Below are positions 1 through 12,779 of a DNA stretch of 64,000 bases, in pieces. The translations under genes were made by a program, and so were the position numbers. A model generated the notes under the pieces. That model was not told the DNA's origin. It was given only the letters and a program-made list of their open reading frames with translations, and searched no databases. The DNA comes from Camelus dromedarius. Its lineage: Eukaryota. The stretch is from NCBI RefSeq assembly GCF_036321535.1, contig NC_087436.1, forward strand, positions 106,580,001 through 106,644,000, given 5' to 3'. Within the stretch, counting starts at the first letter, position 1; each line of letters starts with the position of its first letter.

Positions 1-535
1 AGTTGAACAACCAAACAAGAGCAAATTGCAGATCCAGGTGAGTCTCAGGAACAATCAGAATCAGGGGTGTGAATGATTAGACCCTCCCTCCAAGTCTCAC
101 TGCTCTACTGTCTGTATTTCAACTTTATTATTATTTTCATTGTATGTCCTGTTTCTGAAGAGGCATATGGAAAAACAAGATTCACATTTTTAGCTTTGAC
201 CACAAGAGGGAGACTGTATCACCTTCTGTTGTCCTGAATTTTCAAATATCTCAAGAAGTGCAGGGATTGGTCCAGACTGGGGAAGAGGGAGAGGCTAACA
301 TAAACATGGCAGCTCCAGTCAGGAGCACATGGATGGAGTAGAGAAGGAGCCGGTTCCAGAACACGAGCTTTCTGGAAAGAAAGGTGATGTGATGGAGTCA
401 CTTAAAATCCATATCTAATCACATCAGTACAGCCTCAGGTCCACTGGAAGCCACACAGTTCTCTCTTCTATCATGAATTCAGAGCAATGACTCTGAAGTT
501 GCCACCATCCATCTCAGCTTCCATGCGGGGCTGAG

Positions 536-721
536 GTATATATATTTTTATACGCTATGTCTTCTTAATCCAAGCAGAATACTTCCTCTGGTGCTCTGCT
601 GAAGAGCAGAGGGAGGCTGGAGCATGAGTCGCTGGCTCTGGACTCACTATCATGAAGATGGCACGTGAGTCTCACACGTGCTGCCTTCTTTTTCCCCCAA
701 GGGTCATTTACCTTGACGTGA
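536..721. promoter_or_regulatory. Candidate promoter/enhancer module: TATA-like tract, Ets site, tandem E-boxes, CRE-like site
   Basis: TATATATA (+, 537-544) and TATAAAAA (-, 552-545); ACTTCCT 581-587; CACGTG at 662-667 and 675-680 with a 7-nt spacer; TGACGTGA 714-721. Motif presence only, no functional data. Confidence 0.45.
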
Positions 722-1639
722 TCATCATCAAGTGCTCGGACTTGAATCTCCAAGAAAGATGGAACTCCTCTGGTTGTGCCAACCATAACAGGCTTTACAA
801 AGCTGGGCTGCAAGTCCCAGGAAAGACATCTTCATCTTCTTTTTTTCATTCCTGGGGTGGCACATGCAGAGTTGTAGTTTCATCCGGGCTTGACAAGCTA
901 ATAAGTCACCTGTGGTCTTCAGTACCCTTAGTAATTAAACAAACCGACTAACTCAATGCTAAAAATGGAAATATTAAAACCCACCCGAGGCTCCTGGGTG
1001 ACTACAAGGGCAATTGAAATGACACAAACAAAAAAGTCCCAGTGCCTCTTTAAAAGCAGTGGGTAAGATTCTAGCTGAGTATTACCAAGATTAGAAATAC
1101 AAGGTATCATAGTTATAAGGGAAGTATTTTGACTGCCTCTAAAGTATAGCACTTTATAAATCAGTAAGTCATTGTTATGTTCCTGGAGAAAGGAGGCTTT
1201 CCAAATAAAATAAAACACCTCAGAACTTAATTGTATTTTTCTTCTAGTAAATAACCTTTTTTTTTTTTTTTTTTTTGCCTACAGATATGGCTGAATGCAA
1301 ATGAAGCAATGTTTTCATATTCATAGTGGATTTTAGACTTAACTGTGACATGAATGTAACCAGGCCAAGGACTATAAAAGGGGATAATATTTACATTTTT
1401 GCCAAGATCTTGTTTTGTTCTCTATCCAAAGTGGAGCGATGGACCCATAACATGGAAAGAAAACAAAACATTCCAGTCGTATAAAACCGGGAGCTCTTTT
1501 CTAGGAGATGAAAATAACCAATGTGTTGTACCAATCTTGCTTGTCGAGAAGTTAACATTTAGATGGCACCTTGCATCCACCAGACAGGATATATACAAGG
1601 CATTTTTAAAATTCTCATGGCAATCCTAAAATCCTAGAT

Positions 1640-1760
1640 TTTATCTATATGCTAGAGATACGAAAACTGAGATTCCATAACATTATTTGACCCACTCAAG
1701 GTCACGGAGATAGTAATAAGAGTGGCCCAGATCTGTCTGATTCTTCTAACCTGCATATTC
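1640..1760 (-). mobile_element. MIR SINE fragment
   Basis: gaaaactgagattcc...caaggtcacggagatagtaa...tctgtctgattc resembles the reverse complement of the MIR core. Confidence 0.6.
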
Positions 1761-3769
1761 TCTGCATCACTCTACTTCTATTTTGTGTTGCTAAACTTGA
1801 TTCAGGAATGAATGAAACATCTTCAGCTCTACTGGGTGCTGTCCTGTCTTCAATCTTCCAAGAGAGAGTATTACAGTTGGGATTTTTTTTTTAATTTCCT
1901 TTCAACTTCACATATTTATGGATGTGTCAATGAGCAGTTTAAGAATGTATCTATCAATATCAAATGTGGTTTTGAGCGGAAACCTTGAAAAAGTTGCAGA
2001 ATTATCCTCTGAAATATTGCTGCTATTATTTTTTAAGATTGCAAGAAAATGTTCTGCCATTTCAGACCATTTATCTCTGTTAACAAGACACTTTTTTAGT
2101 TGGATAGATAATATACACCCATCTGGTCTGCAGTTTCTTCATTTACTTTGGTAATAATAACTAAAGGCATTTCTCCCTTGCTTTGGCAATGTCCAAGCCA
2201 ATCTTTTGCCTTTCCTGCTGTTGATGTGGAAGGCAAAAACAGGAAGAAACTGGCACCTGGTTATAACACACAGACATGCCGTTTAGAATGTCATTTCAGT
2301 GCTGAGGAGGGGGACGGTGTCTAAGTGATCATGAAAACAGAACCTTATTGAAAACATCCCTGGCCATTTAGGCCAGATACAGGAAAAAGCCACAAAACAT
2401 TTTTGTGCTTTTGGTAGACACCTGCTCTGTTATTTCATCTTCTATTTCATGAAGTTCTCTAACACAAGGTCTACATATTTGCAAATACGTGTTTAATTTA
2501 GATTTTTGGGGGGGCCTGAGTTTCGCAGGCAGGGAAAAATATTACAAAGAATGGGGACCAATTTTCCACTTGGCTTTAGCTCTGTTTACAACATGATGAG
2601 AAGTGAAGCGTGGAGATGATTTTCTGAATAATACAAGGTAAAGAGAAAAAAAATTGGCTTTAATCTCCTTGACGTTCAGTAAAGACTGTTTTACGGTGTC
2701 TCTGTCATTGCTTCACTTCTCCACTTTCTCTTCTGTGTTCACAGAGTCGGCATGTTGGCACGGTTTTCTGCCTAGGAATTCTAGAAGGGATTTTTAAAAT
2801 TAAGCATAAGAAAACATGAAATGTTGATCCTGAAACTGCGAACTACAATTTCCCGTGTCTCTTTTGTGTTTGTCTCTTCTTCTCCCTGTGTTTTCTCTCC
2901 ATCCCATGGTTTTCTTTTCTCCTGATTATTCCTAAAGCTGCCTGACCCTCTGTTAATTGGTTTCCTTGAAGTTAGTCTATCAAAATATAGTTGAATTCAG
3001 AGAACTGTATGTTTTGTTTCAGTTTGATTGAATTGTTTTCTCTTTCACTAGTTGTTTTTGCTTTGTGGCGATTTAGCTGAGTGAGGAGTGAGCTCATTCC
3101 AGACCTTTCTTGGCAGGTAAACTGACCGACCTGCCTTCCACTCACCAGCTGGGAGCAGACTCTCTGCGCCCCAGCTCCCGCCCAGGCTGGGGGTGGGAAC
3201 TGGGGAATAAACAACCGGTTATTTTGAAAATGATGCATAACTGTTTGCCTGCTGAATTCAAAAGGTTGTTAAAAAAAAATCAAACAGGCCAAAGAAATTC
3301 AACTTTTGGTGCCTTTGTCTCAAAGAATTTATTTGTGTAGACAAGGCTACTTAGTGCTGTGTGAGAAGAGTGGCTGTTAAAGGGCGCATTTATTTTTTTA
3401 CTTGTCTGAGCAGCGGTTTAATATAATATCCATATAAAAATATGTCATTTTTGGTTTTCTTTCCCTCCAAAATGCTGTTAAATTCTTCTTTCATAATGAG
3501 CTACAGTCATTCTTTTTTTTTAAATCGGAGCTTTCCCTAGGTATAGTTAACATACATTAAGCTACATACATTTAAAATGTGTAATTTTATGTTTTGACAT
3601 ATGTATTCTGTGTCAGTCCTGAAATTGCAAACAATTCTGGTTTATCCTTACTTAAAATTGACTATGCCTACTGCAGTGAGACAAGGCTCTATTTATTTAT
3701 ATAAACTAAATTTTATATAGAAACTAGAATTAGAAACGAACAGATTAGAGATGATGTAAAAAGATACTT

Positions 3770-3875
3770 TGATTTTACAGATGAGGAAATTGACAATCAA
3801 AGAAGTAAAGCCTCTTATTCAAGGTCAAAGATTATTTGTGATACAGCCCAGGCAGGTCTTCTGGTTTTTAACTCT
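3770..3875 (-). mobile_element. MIR SINE fragment
   Basis: attttacagatgaggaaattga...caaggtca, typical MIR core. Confidence 0.7.
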
Positions 3876-3928
3876 GTGGCGGTGATATATACCTGTCTGT
3901 CACTCTCACACTTGAGGGTAGGGAAAAA

Positions 3929-4030
3929 AATATATATATATATTTATATATGTATATTTGTTTATGTATATGACAATATATTATTTCTATATATAGACTA
4001 TTCTATATTTGGAATATTTATATATAAAAA
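3929..4030. repeat. AT-rich (TA)n low-complexity tract
   Basis: Degenerate TA repeats seen directly. Confidence 0.8.
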
Positions 4031-5004
4031 TTTTCTCAATTTTATGTTAAAGGGTAATTGGAAAGCAAATTTTCTTACTGAATTTACTAAGAAGTAAATA
4101 AAAGAGGAGCCTTAAATCCCTCTTCAGCCTGTGTGTGTGAGCGTGTGCGTTTAGAAGGATATGTTCCAAGAAGCAAGGTCATGAGACACCCACACAGATA
4201 TTGGCAGGTGCATAAAGAAAGATTTATCAAGTAGCATTGCTTGATTTTTTTTTTTTTTTTTTTTTTGCTATTTAATAAACTTGTGCTGACCGAGTTAAAA
4301 AAACAAAATTCTCCATGAAGCAAACCAACATGTGAAACACAACATGTGGACCCAGTGTCCCTACTCCTCCTTTTCATTCGTGGTCTGAGATGTTACTGGA
4401 GTCTTTGCCAGGTTTTAATATTGACCCTGTGCCTGAGATATCGTCTGAAATTTTAAAAATCAAAACTGGGCTTGTCCATGTTTAAACTATAAAGTAAGTC
4501 TTATTAAAAAAAAGCATAAAAAAGAGGAAGTAAAGGCAGGCATGTTAAATATCTCCTTTCTGGCTAAAAAATGAGCTGCTATGTCTGAATGTCAGAAATC
4601 CATGCAACTGAAAAAGCATCATGGGTATCTTTATGTGAAAAATTTCCATCTCTGACATCAATCCAGTGGTTGTGAAGTCAGAGGATCAATATTTTTGAGT
4701 GTTGTAAATGAATTCCTCTCTATATTGTGTTTTGCAGCACACAAAATAATTTCTCTGTCTTTTTAATTTTTAGCTTAAATCTTTATAATAATTCCTTATA
4801 GCTAACATTGATAGGGCATCAAAGACCTAAATATTCAAGAAACCACTGTGAATCCTAAGATATATTAAAGCTAGGAAATGTTGATTCAAAGTAGTTTGGA
4901 AATTATTTGAGGTAAGAAACATTTACAGTGACATATGCAAAATATCTTTTATAATGCAACTGGAGTATGGGATTAGCTCAAACTTCTCTGTTCCTGATGT
5001 ATCA

Positions 5005-5125
5005 TTTTGTGACTTCCCTGAATGCAGGGACCTTGTCTTTCTTCTTTACTGTTGGATCCACCTGCACCTAGTACTTTGCCTGACCTGGGTCCTCAATGCC
5101 TTTAGTTAAATGAACTAATAGATTA
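5005..5125 (+). mobile_element. L2 LINE 3' end
   Basis: gcagggaccttgtctttctt...cacctagtac...ctcaatgcctttagttaaatgaa resembles the L2 3' terminus. Confidence 0.6.
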
Positions 5126-5239
5126 AATAGTTTCCAGGCCATTCTTAACCCAATGATGACTTATTTGGGAGACTAATCACTAGGGAAAATTACCTTCTGA
5201 CTCAGTCTGGCCAGTGTTGTGTTTTCCCTCTTGCCTATT

Positions 5240-5725
5240 AGGTAAATATCAATTGAACACTTTCTACAGTCATGGAATGTTCTAGATACTTACGTACAAC
5301 CATGAACAAGACAGATGAGATCCCTGCCGTCTTAGAGCTAGCATTCTACTGATGAAAGATGAGAAACACATTTACAAATAATTCAAGACAGCGCTATATA
5401 AAATTAAGTTAGAATAGTGAGATGGAGAGATGGATGGGGAGTGTGAGTCAGGAGGGTGGTCAGGGACAGCCTGCCTTAAGAGGTCACAGTTGAGTTGACA
5501 CCAGCCTGATGAGAAGAGGGCAGTCATGTGAAGCCCTGCGGGGACTGGACTGCAGGCAGAGGGAACAGCAAGTGCAAAGGCCTGAGGTGGGAACAAGGTG
5601 GAAGTATTCAAGGAGCAAAGACAAAGTCCATGTAGCTGGAGTGGAATGAGGGATGGGATCCCATAGGAGGTGAGGCTGGAGAGGATGGGAAAGGGACAGA
5701 CCATGGTGGACCTTGGGAATCTGCT
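5240..5725 (-). mobile_element. L2 LINE 3' fragment
   Basis: caggcagagggaacagcaagtgcaaaggcctgaggtggga is a characteristic L2a/b segment; accounts for ORFs 5372..5704 and 5484..5762. Confidence 0.85.
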
Positions 5726-5959
5726 GCCTGATTGCTTTTATTAGCTTTAAATGAGGTTTCATCCATTAATTAACAGAGTTCCTGATTTTTTTTAATATAG
5801 GATTTTAAGTAAAAGAACAAACAAAAATCTATTATTTCTGATGCTTCTTGAGGAATTATGTTATTATGATTAGACCTAAGGAAATTTTTACAATAATGCA
5901 TCATGTAACTTGGTGGGGTACTTAGAACTTCCCTCAATGAGAAACTATTTGGTTTATAA

Positions 5960-6058
5960 CAAGGGCTGGCAAAATTTTTTTTAAAGGGTCAGAGGGTACA
6001 TATTTTAGAGTTTGATGTCCAAGAGGCAAAATCCAGGGTATTATGTAGGTTCTTACAT

Positions 6059-6096
<38 letters not shown>

Positions 6097-6298
6097 ATGT
6101 GTGGGTGTATGTGTGGGTGTATATGTTGTAATTACAGATAACATGAAGTTTACCATTTTAACCACTTTTGAGTGTATAATTCTTTACACAACTATTTATA
6201 ATGTAACCATTTAAAGGTAAAGCATTCTTAGCTCATGGGCCACATGAAAACAAGCAGTGGGTCAGAGTTAGCTGTGGGTCCTCATTTGCCAACATCAA
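5960..6298. mobile_element. MER58-family hAT-Charlie DNA transposon with internal (GT)n and a small L1-like fragment
   Basis: Termini caagggctggcaaa / tttgccaac; perfect 8-bp target-site duplication GTTTATAA at 5952-5959 and 6299-6306. Confidence 0.8.
6061..6094. repeat. (GT)17 microsatellite
   Basis: Seen directly. Confidence 0.95.
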
Positions 6299-6531
6299 GT
6301 TTATAAAAACAAAAGAAATGTTCTTTTTAGCAGAATAATTGATACCAGCACAAAAGAGTATGATGTATTCTGAATCCGAATAACTTTTCACTGAAGCTAT
6401 AATATGGAAAAAAGTTAGCTGATCTTTTTTTTTTAATTGAACACAGATCTTACTGGTTTTGTATGTACCAGTTTAAGAAATATTGTTTGATGAAATTAAC
6501 AACATAGATATTGACAAATAGAGTTGATATG

Positions 6532-6910
6532 TGTGATGGTTAAATTTTATATATCACTCATGCAGATGTTGCTCTGGTAGTATTTTGCAGATATGATGAA
6601 CATCTGCAATCAGAGGGACTAATAATGTGGGTGGGTCGCATGCAATCAGTTGAAGGCCATAGAGAAAAAAACAAATTTCCTGGACAAGAAGGAATTCTAC
6701 TTTAAGATGGTGACATTAAGAAATCCTGCCTGAGTTTCCAGCTTGCCAGCTTGCCCTACAGATTCAGAGTTCAGATTTGCTGTCCCCACCATTGTGAGCC
6801 AATTCCTTAAAATAAGTCACATATATGAATAAATCATATTATATATAATAAATCATATATATTTTATATATATATTCCATTTGTTTCTTTGCAGAACCCT
6901 GGCTGATACA
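6532..6910 (+). mobile_element. MLT2-family (ERVL) solo LTR
   Basis: Starts tgtgatggttaaatttta, internal caatcagttgaaggcc and gtgagccaattccttaaaataa, ends gaaccctggctgataca. Confidence 0.85.
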
Positions 6911-9900
6911 ATGCCCTTGGTGTTTTTTTGAGCCTGAAAAGATTAAAAGTGGCTTTTTGGAATAAGATTCTACTATTCACTTTTTAGTTTCCAGGCTTTA
7001 AGCCTTATCATCAAAAAACGACATAGACTTGGTCCATAGGATGTAAAAGTCTTTAGGACTGAATTTAGAAAGCAGTCAAGAATTTTGAGAGTGACAACCC
7101 TAGGATTATTTTTTTTTCCAGATTTTACATAGCACCTCTCTTGGAAAAAGCCCTCTAGTCTATAAATAGAATGTACAATTGTTCAGCAATTGGCTTCACT
7201 CTAAACGCAAGTCTCTATTTGCATGTTTCCTCCCTTGGCCTTGTAAATAATCCAAATAAATCCTCTAAGTATAGTTTATGGGAGTTCCTACTCTCAGTTA
7301 GTAATGGGATGCCATAAAGTGGCTGTGTCTGCTACAGAGAGAACTCTTCTCTCCTCATTAACTCATGGCTTCAGAGAACTCAGTGCCTAAGGGAACCCTC
7401 GTCTTGTATCAGGGTTTCAGACTGTGTGATTTTTTTTCCCCAAGAATTGAATGATTGTGCTATTGGGGAAATAGCATATCTGTGACAGATAACTTCTTTA
7501 TTGGGGAAGATGAGTAACGGTGACTGCAGCACTGATATCATACTTAAAAACCTAAGGGAGAAGAAAGGCGATAGTGGGTATCGCCCAACACCTGTCCATA
7601 AAGCTGATGATTCATCAGACCCAGACAAATTTGTGAGACTAATACATTCATTGTGTCATGGCCGCCAAATCCTCCCCAGTTTAATAGCTGCTGCAGACCC
7701 ATGGTGCTGTAGGAGCCTCTGAATTAAGATGATTCAGTAGGTTCCAATTCATCCTAAATAAGTGGCTGTCTAGATAAATGAAGTTCATCAAATTGCAATG
7801 AATACCATATAACAACCTTGCTGGGATTGCATGCCCCTGGGACACGGACCGTGTCTAACTGTGTGCTCTGCAGCATCTCCGGTGCCAACGTTTTGCAGTC
7901 TGTGTTCTATAATAACAATATGACAGTGTGTTTGCCCTGAGTCATTTTATTTTTTATCAGCAAACTTAATGCTTTAACTACATCAGTTAAGCCACTTAAA
8001 TTCAACCAGTTAATGAAATGCCCTTACGGAATGCAGCCTTCGAATCATTTTTTAAAAGCAGCCACGAAACAAAACAAAACGAAATCAGTATAAATTACAT
8101 CTCATTCAATTTATTTTTTAAAAGAAGACAACTCGGAGTCAGGTTTTATTGTAATTAATGATCTACATTAATGAGGTTGCCTCAGCCATGCAGGGTTCTC
8201 TTTGTTTAGTAACTTTTTTCTTCAACACACTGGGGGACCCCAGGCCAGTGACATGGTGACACAAGAGGAGCTGAACTGTTGGAAAGTGACCCTCGGTGCT
8301 CACTGTGGGATGCTTGGACACTGAGCTGGTGACCCTAGCTTCCCCTCCCCCAAGATTTTCTCCAGGTGAGCGTGACTTCACCCAAGTTCACATTTCATGG
8401 CTACATCGTCCTTCCTTCCAGTAGGGGGACTGCAAATTCTTATGGTGCTAGAGACTCCAAGGGCAGAAGATGCTTATAAATAGTTGAGACCTACATCCAG
8501 ACCTTCTAGTGCCAAGAAGCCTGTGCATTTTCCATAGATAGGATTGCTTTCTCAAACTTGCTTATAAAAATAGGGAATCAGAAGTGGGACATGGTCCTTT
8601 CCTTGGAATGCAGACCCACAGTGTATGCATTCTCACGTCCTGGTCCTAGCCTAACCCAGAATTTTCACCTTGTTTCAATTTCTTTCTCAATACTTCCTTT
8701 TCATGTTGCTCAACACGATGGAGGGTATGGTATGACTCATGATTAGATGAAGAAATAAAACCTGGAACTACTGAGATCCTTAAGTTCTGAGAATTACTCA
8801 TCAAATGATCACTTCCCACACTGCAAATAGCAACCAGACGAGTTCAGTGGTCTTCATATAATCATTTGATTTTGCTGTTATATGAAGTTAGTAGAATCTT
8901 ATATCTGATGTCCCAAGGTATTTGTGGGTAGAAAGAATAAGGGATTCTTTCAATCTATTTTTCTCCATTAAACAAGATATTGTTTACAAACATTTTATAC
9001 ATGTCTGAACCTGATGTTTTTAAAAAATAATAGCACCTCTTCCTTTCTTCTGTTTCTAGAGACCATGCCTAGTCTTTAAGAGAGTTGTAGTAATGCAAGA
9101 AACTTAGAACCTTGTGTGTGCTCTACAAAGGACATTTGTTTCTACAAATCACTGTCTGAAAGAGATTGTCCCCATAGTAGGACTCAGTGTCTGGCCACTG
9201 AGTAGTTTTTATCTTCAATTCATGGTCCCAAGGCATCCATCCTCTAATATTCAGTAAGATCAGGATTTTGTTGACCAGTTCTCTCTTTTGCTTAGGATCA
9301 GCCTGGCCTGATATTGCTGATCCACTATCTGGTGGCTCTATGTATGTTGTTGTTGTTGTTGTTTTTTCCTAATTCTTACAACCCTTAGCATCTACGGAGT
9401 AAGACACAGAACAGGAAATTCTCTGGCAAGGACTTTCTTTGAGTAGCAAGAGCAGGAAGGACTCAGTTCTGGCTTGTTTCTCTAAGGCGAAAAGGACCAG
9501 GATCAGCTTGTGTCTCTCATCTGGCTCAGCTCACCACTGCAGCAATAAATTGTATGCATTACCTGAAAGATAGGAGCATGAAGGGATCAGTTCTTACCAC
9601 GTTCAAGTGCTATTCTCAGGAAATGGAACCTCCGTCTCTTCTTTAGGGATAGCTAATATTGTGCTTCTAAGCTCTTTCTTATAGCAGACAAATAAGTTAT
9701 GGCTCTCTTCTCCTATGCATGCAACCAAGACAAGTTATTAAGTGGATGGACAGTGATTATCAGCACTGATGCTCAAAAATCATCTACTCTGCCTTACTTC
9801 TCCCACTCCAGGTGGCAATCAGGCAAGGTTGGATGCCTTCAGCTAATCATCCCATCCTTGGTTACACAAAGTCAATGGAATATAAGGAGACATGAAGCAA

Positions 9901-10629
9901 ATGTGCTAATACGAATCTTTAGACAGTGGCTGACTGGCATGAAAGAGTTATACCCAAGGTCAGGTAGGAAAAGGCAACATTTTGACCATGCAATAATCTC
10001 TAAGGAACCAGCAGGAAACACAAGAAAGAACAAAATCAGATGAAATTAAAAAAAAAAAAAAGTATGCATGAGTAAATGGGAAAACCTTTTTAGGAATTAT
10101 TTGGTAAAATATTCTTAAGCCAAAGAGGACAAAACTATCAATTACTAGTAGAGCAAGGAATCATCTAAGATACTTAGAAAGCCCCTCAAGTTATTCACAA
10201 CATACTCTCGCTTCCTGTACTTCTTGTTTACCTAGCTTTGTGAACTAAGAATTCAGGGCAGAAACAGAAAAAGCAGCAGGAAAAGAAACACAGATTGTGT
10301 TGCTGAGCTCACGTGTTAAGAATAGATCTGCAAGAGATTGCTGTCTGAGAGGTTGAGAATCTTCTACTATATGCATTAGCACTGAAACCTTGTAGAGACT
10401 GGGATGGAACACACACACACACACAGAGCACACATAGAAAGAAGTAAGACATAGAGTCCAAAGCGGGTGGCCTAAAATGAGGCAGTTGTCAAAAAAAGGC
10501 AGAGACACCACCATGCACATTTCTAGTTAAGGGACTTTCTTATGCCTAGAAGGTGTTAGAAATGGAGGTGGGCCAATGCTTTGTCCTGATTTTGTACTCA
10601 TTCAGTGCAAACTTCTAGACCTAGCAGGG

Positions 10630-11395
10630 AAGATGGTATAGCAAAGGAATTAAGACATAGGCTTATGAATCAAATTGTCTGGGTCTGCATCCTGGCTGCA
10701 TGGCTTATTAGCTTTATCAGTCAGCTCTTGCCACAATAATGCTGAGTAACAAATCATGTCTAAACTCTGAAGGACACAAAAACTTGAATCTTCTACTTAC
10801 TAAGGTGTCTGTGAAACAGCTAGGGCTTAGCGCATCTAGTCTGGGCTCATCTGGTCTTGGCATTAGAACATTAGTTTAGTTCAAGCAATACTCAATTTAT
10901 TTTTAATTTTTCTGAAACTGACAGGCTACTTGGGCAATTTTCCTGTTAATAGTGAAGACAGAAGTGCAAACTGAAATTCCAATCTCATGTAATCATATTT
11001 TACATTTTGTTTATGTCATATCCAGTCTTTCCCCATTGACTAACTGAAACAAATCACAAGACTAGGTCTTAGGTCAGTGGGCAATATATTCAACCCTCCA
11101 TGAGACCAAATCAAGTAACATGGCCAGATTCAATACCAGAGGTGCAGAAATGCACAATCCTCCAATGGGATGGCTAGATGGTTTGCGGAGGAGTGAAGTT
11201 TTGAGGAACAGTAATCTAATCTACCATACTGGCTCTGTGGCCTTCAGCATTTTGCTTAAACTCTGTTATTTTACTCATCTGATGGGGCAATAAAAGTGCT
11301 CAGCACAAGTGGATATGATAATTAAATTGTATAATATATTTAAAGTGTTTAGGAAATTTCATAGTCCATAGTAATCATTCAATAAATATTAGCCC
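10630..11395 (+). mobile_element. MIR SINE split by an MLT1 LTR insertion
   Basis: 5' part 10630-10713 (gtctgggtctgcatcctggc...ttattagct) resumes at about 11229 (gctctgtggcctt...ctcatctg...tcaataaatattagc). Confidence 0.7.
10714..11228 (-). mobile_element. MLT1G-like MaLR solo LTR
   Basis: tatcagtcagctcttgccacaataatgctgagtaacaaatca ... gtaatctaatctaccata match MLT1G/H-type ends in reverse orientation. Confidence 0.7.

Positions 11396-11396
<1 letters not shown>

Positions 11397-11444
<48 letters not shown>
11397..11444. repeat. (TATC)12 tetranucleotide microsatellite
   Basis: Twelve perfect TATC units counted directly. Confidence 0.95.
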
Positions 11445-12529
11445 ATCTGTCTACCATCATTATCTTTCATAGATTTTACTGTGTCACCTCCTTGTTAGAC
11501 CCACTTGGTAATTAATGTTTGAGTGTTATAATACTCAATGTTCCTAATTGTAAGCAACAGAAATGTTGGATTGAATTAGAAGAGGCATTTAATAAAATAA
11601 ATATTGCAAAATAAAACTCAGGAAATGGTCAGGATAGCAGCAGGAAATTTCACTTTGAGACCATGCATTACTCACAAGGACATAGCTGTCACTAGCATTG
11701 AACCCTGAATGCCATGTCTGACCCTGGATGCATGAAGCTGAATGTTCCTTCCCCCTTACAGTCTCTACTTGAATAAACTCCCCTATGTTGCGTATTTTAG
11801 TTTTACTGCTTCCTGGTAAACGTCCTTAGCAAGTACCACCTATGGACTGAGCATAGGTCACACATCCATGAAAATGGCTTGGGAAAGTGATACTTGACTT
11901 TTGCTTTTTATCATTTCTTTGCAGTTAAGTTATCTCCTTTCAAGAGCTGTTTCACAGGGAGCTCTTCAAACATTGAGAAGTGTTTCACATATGAGGCAGA
12001 CCAAAATATCAAAGGTCATTCCCACTGTGGTCTCCAGATCTCAATGTTGGATTTTGTCTCTGAATTATGACTTCTGGAAAGTTTACAAAAGGATGCCAGT
12101 ATTTCCTTTTGAGTGTTGAATGGTCCCAATGTGAAATTGCCTCCCTTTTGTTTTGTAGCTTTGTGTTTCTCTCCTTAGTATTCATGCCAATTGTGGGTGA
12201 TTTTCAGTTTTTCCCTATTTTTTAAAGTGGTTTATCTTACTGAGTTCAAACAACTAATTTGGTATCAGGCTTCTGAGTTTCAATTTTAAGCTTTTAGCTC
12301 TACTTAGGGTGTATCAAGGCATATATGTATGAGTCAGTAAGACTTGGAACATATGTTGGCCATGTTGAACCTCTCAGGCATTACTATAGGGAGGTGGCTA
12401 AACTGATGGACATCTAACTGACAATGTCTATATTATTCTTAGTTGGCCATGTAACAGTGATCTCATGGGTCTATTTCCCTACAGCTGTAAGTTGGCTTGA
12501 ATCATCTGGACCAGTACCCCTTCTCTGGA

Positions 12530-12675
12530 AAAGTGGGAAATGTCTAATATCAGGTTGACTTTTAGCTCTTCAATTTGCTAACTATGCGACCTTAGGAAAG
12601 TTAGCTTACTTTCCTGAGCTTCAGTTTTTGTTTCCCAGGAATATAATAATTCTTACCTTGGAAGGGTCTTGCAAG
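12530..12675 (+). mobile_element. MIR SINE fragment
   Basis: actatgcgaccttaggaaagttagcttactttcctgagcttcagttttt. Confidence 0.65.
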
Positions 12676-12779
12676 CATATAAACATTGGGCCAATTTTTT
12701 TTATCTTCAGGTTAGAGCTACAATTGAAATGAGATGGTCTCAGGTACAGATTACTAGTTCTCTGTGCTCCCTGGTATCT

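Noticed and set aside
565..951. Overlapping ORFs 565..813 (-) and 652..951 (+)
   Set aside because: No recognisable homology, and these lengths are expected by chance. Only the regulatory and splice motifs are retained as candidates.
8415..8432. CTCF-like CCAGTAGGGGGAC
   Set aside because: Mismatch at the strongly conserved GGC position and no supporting context
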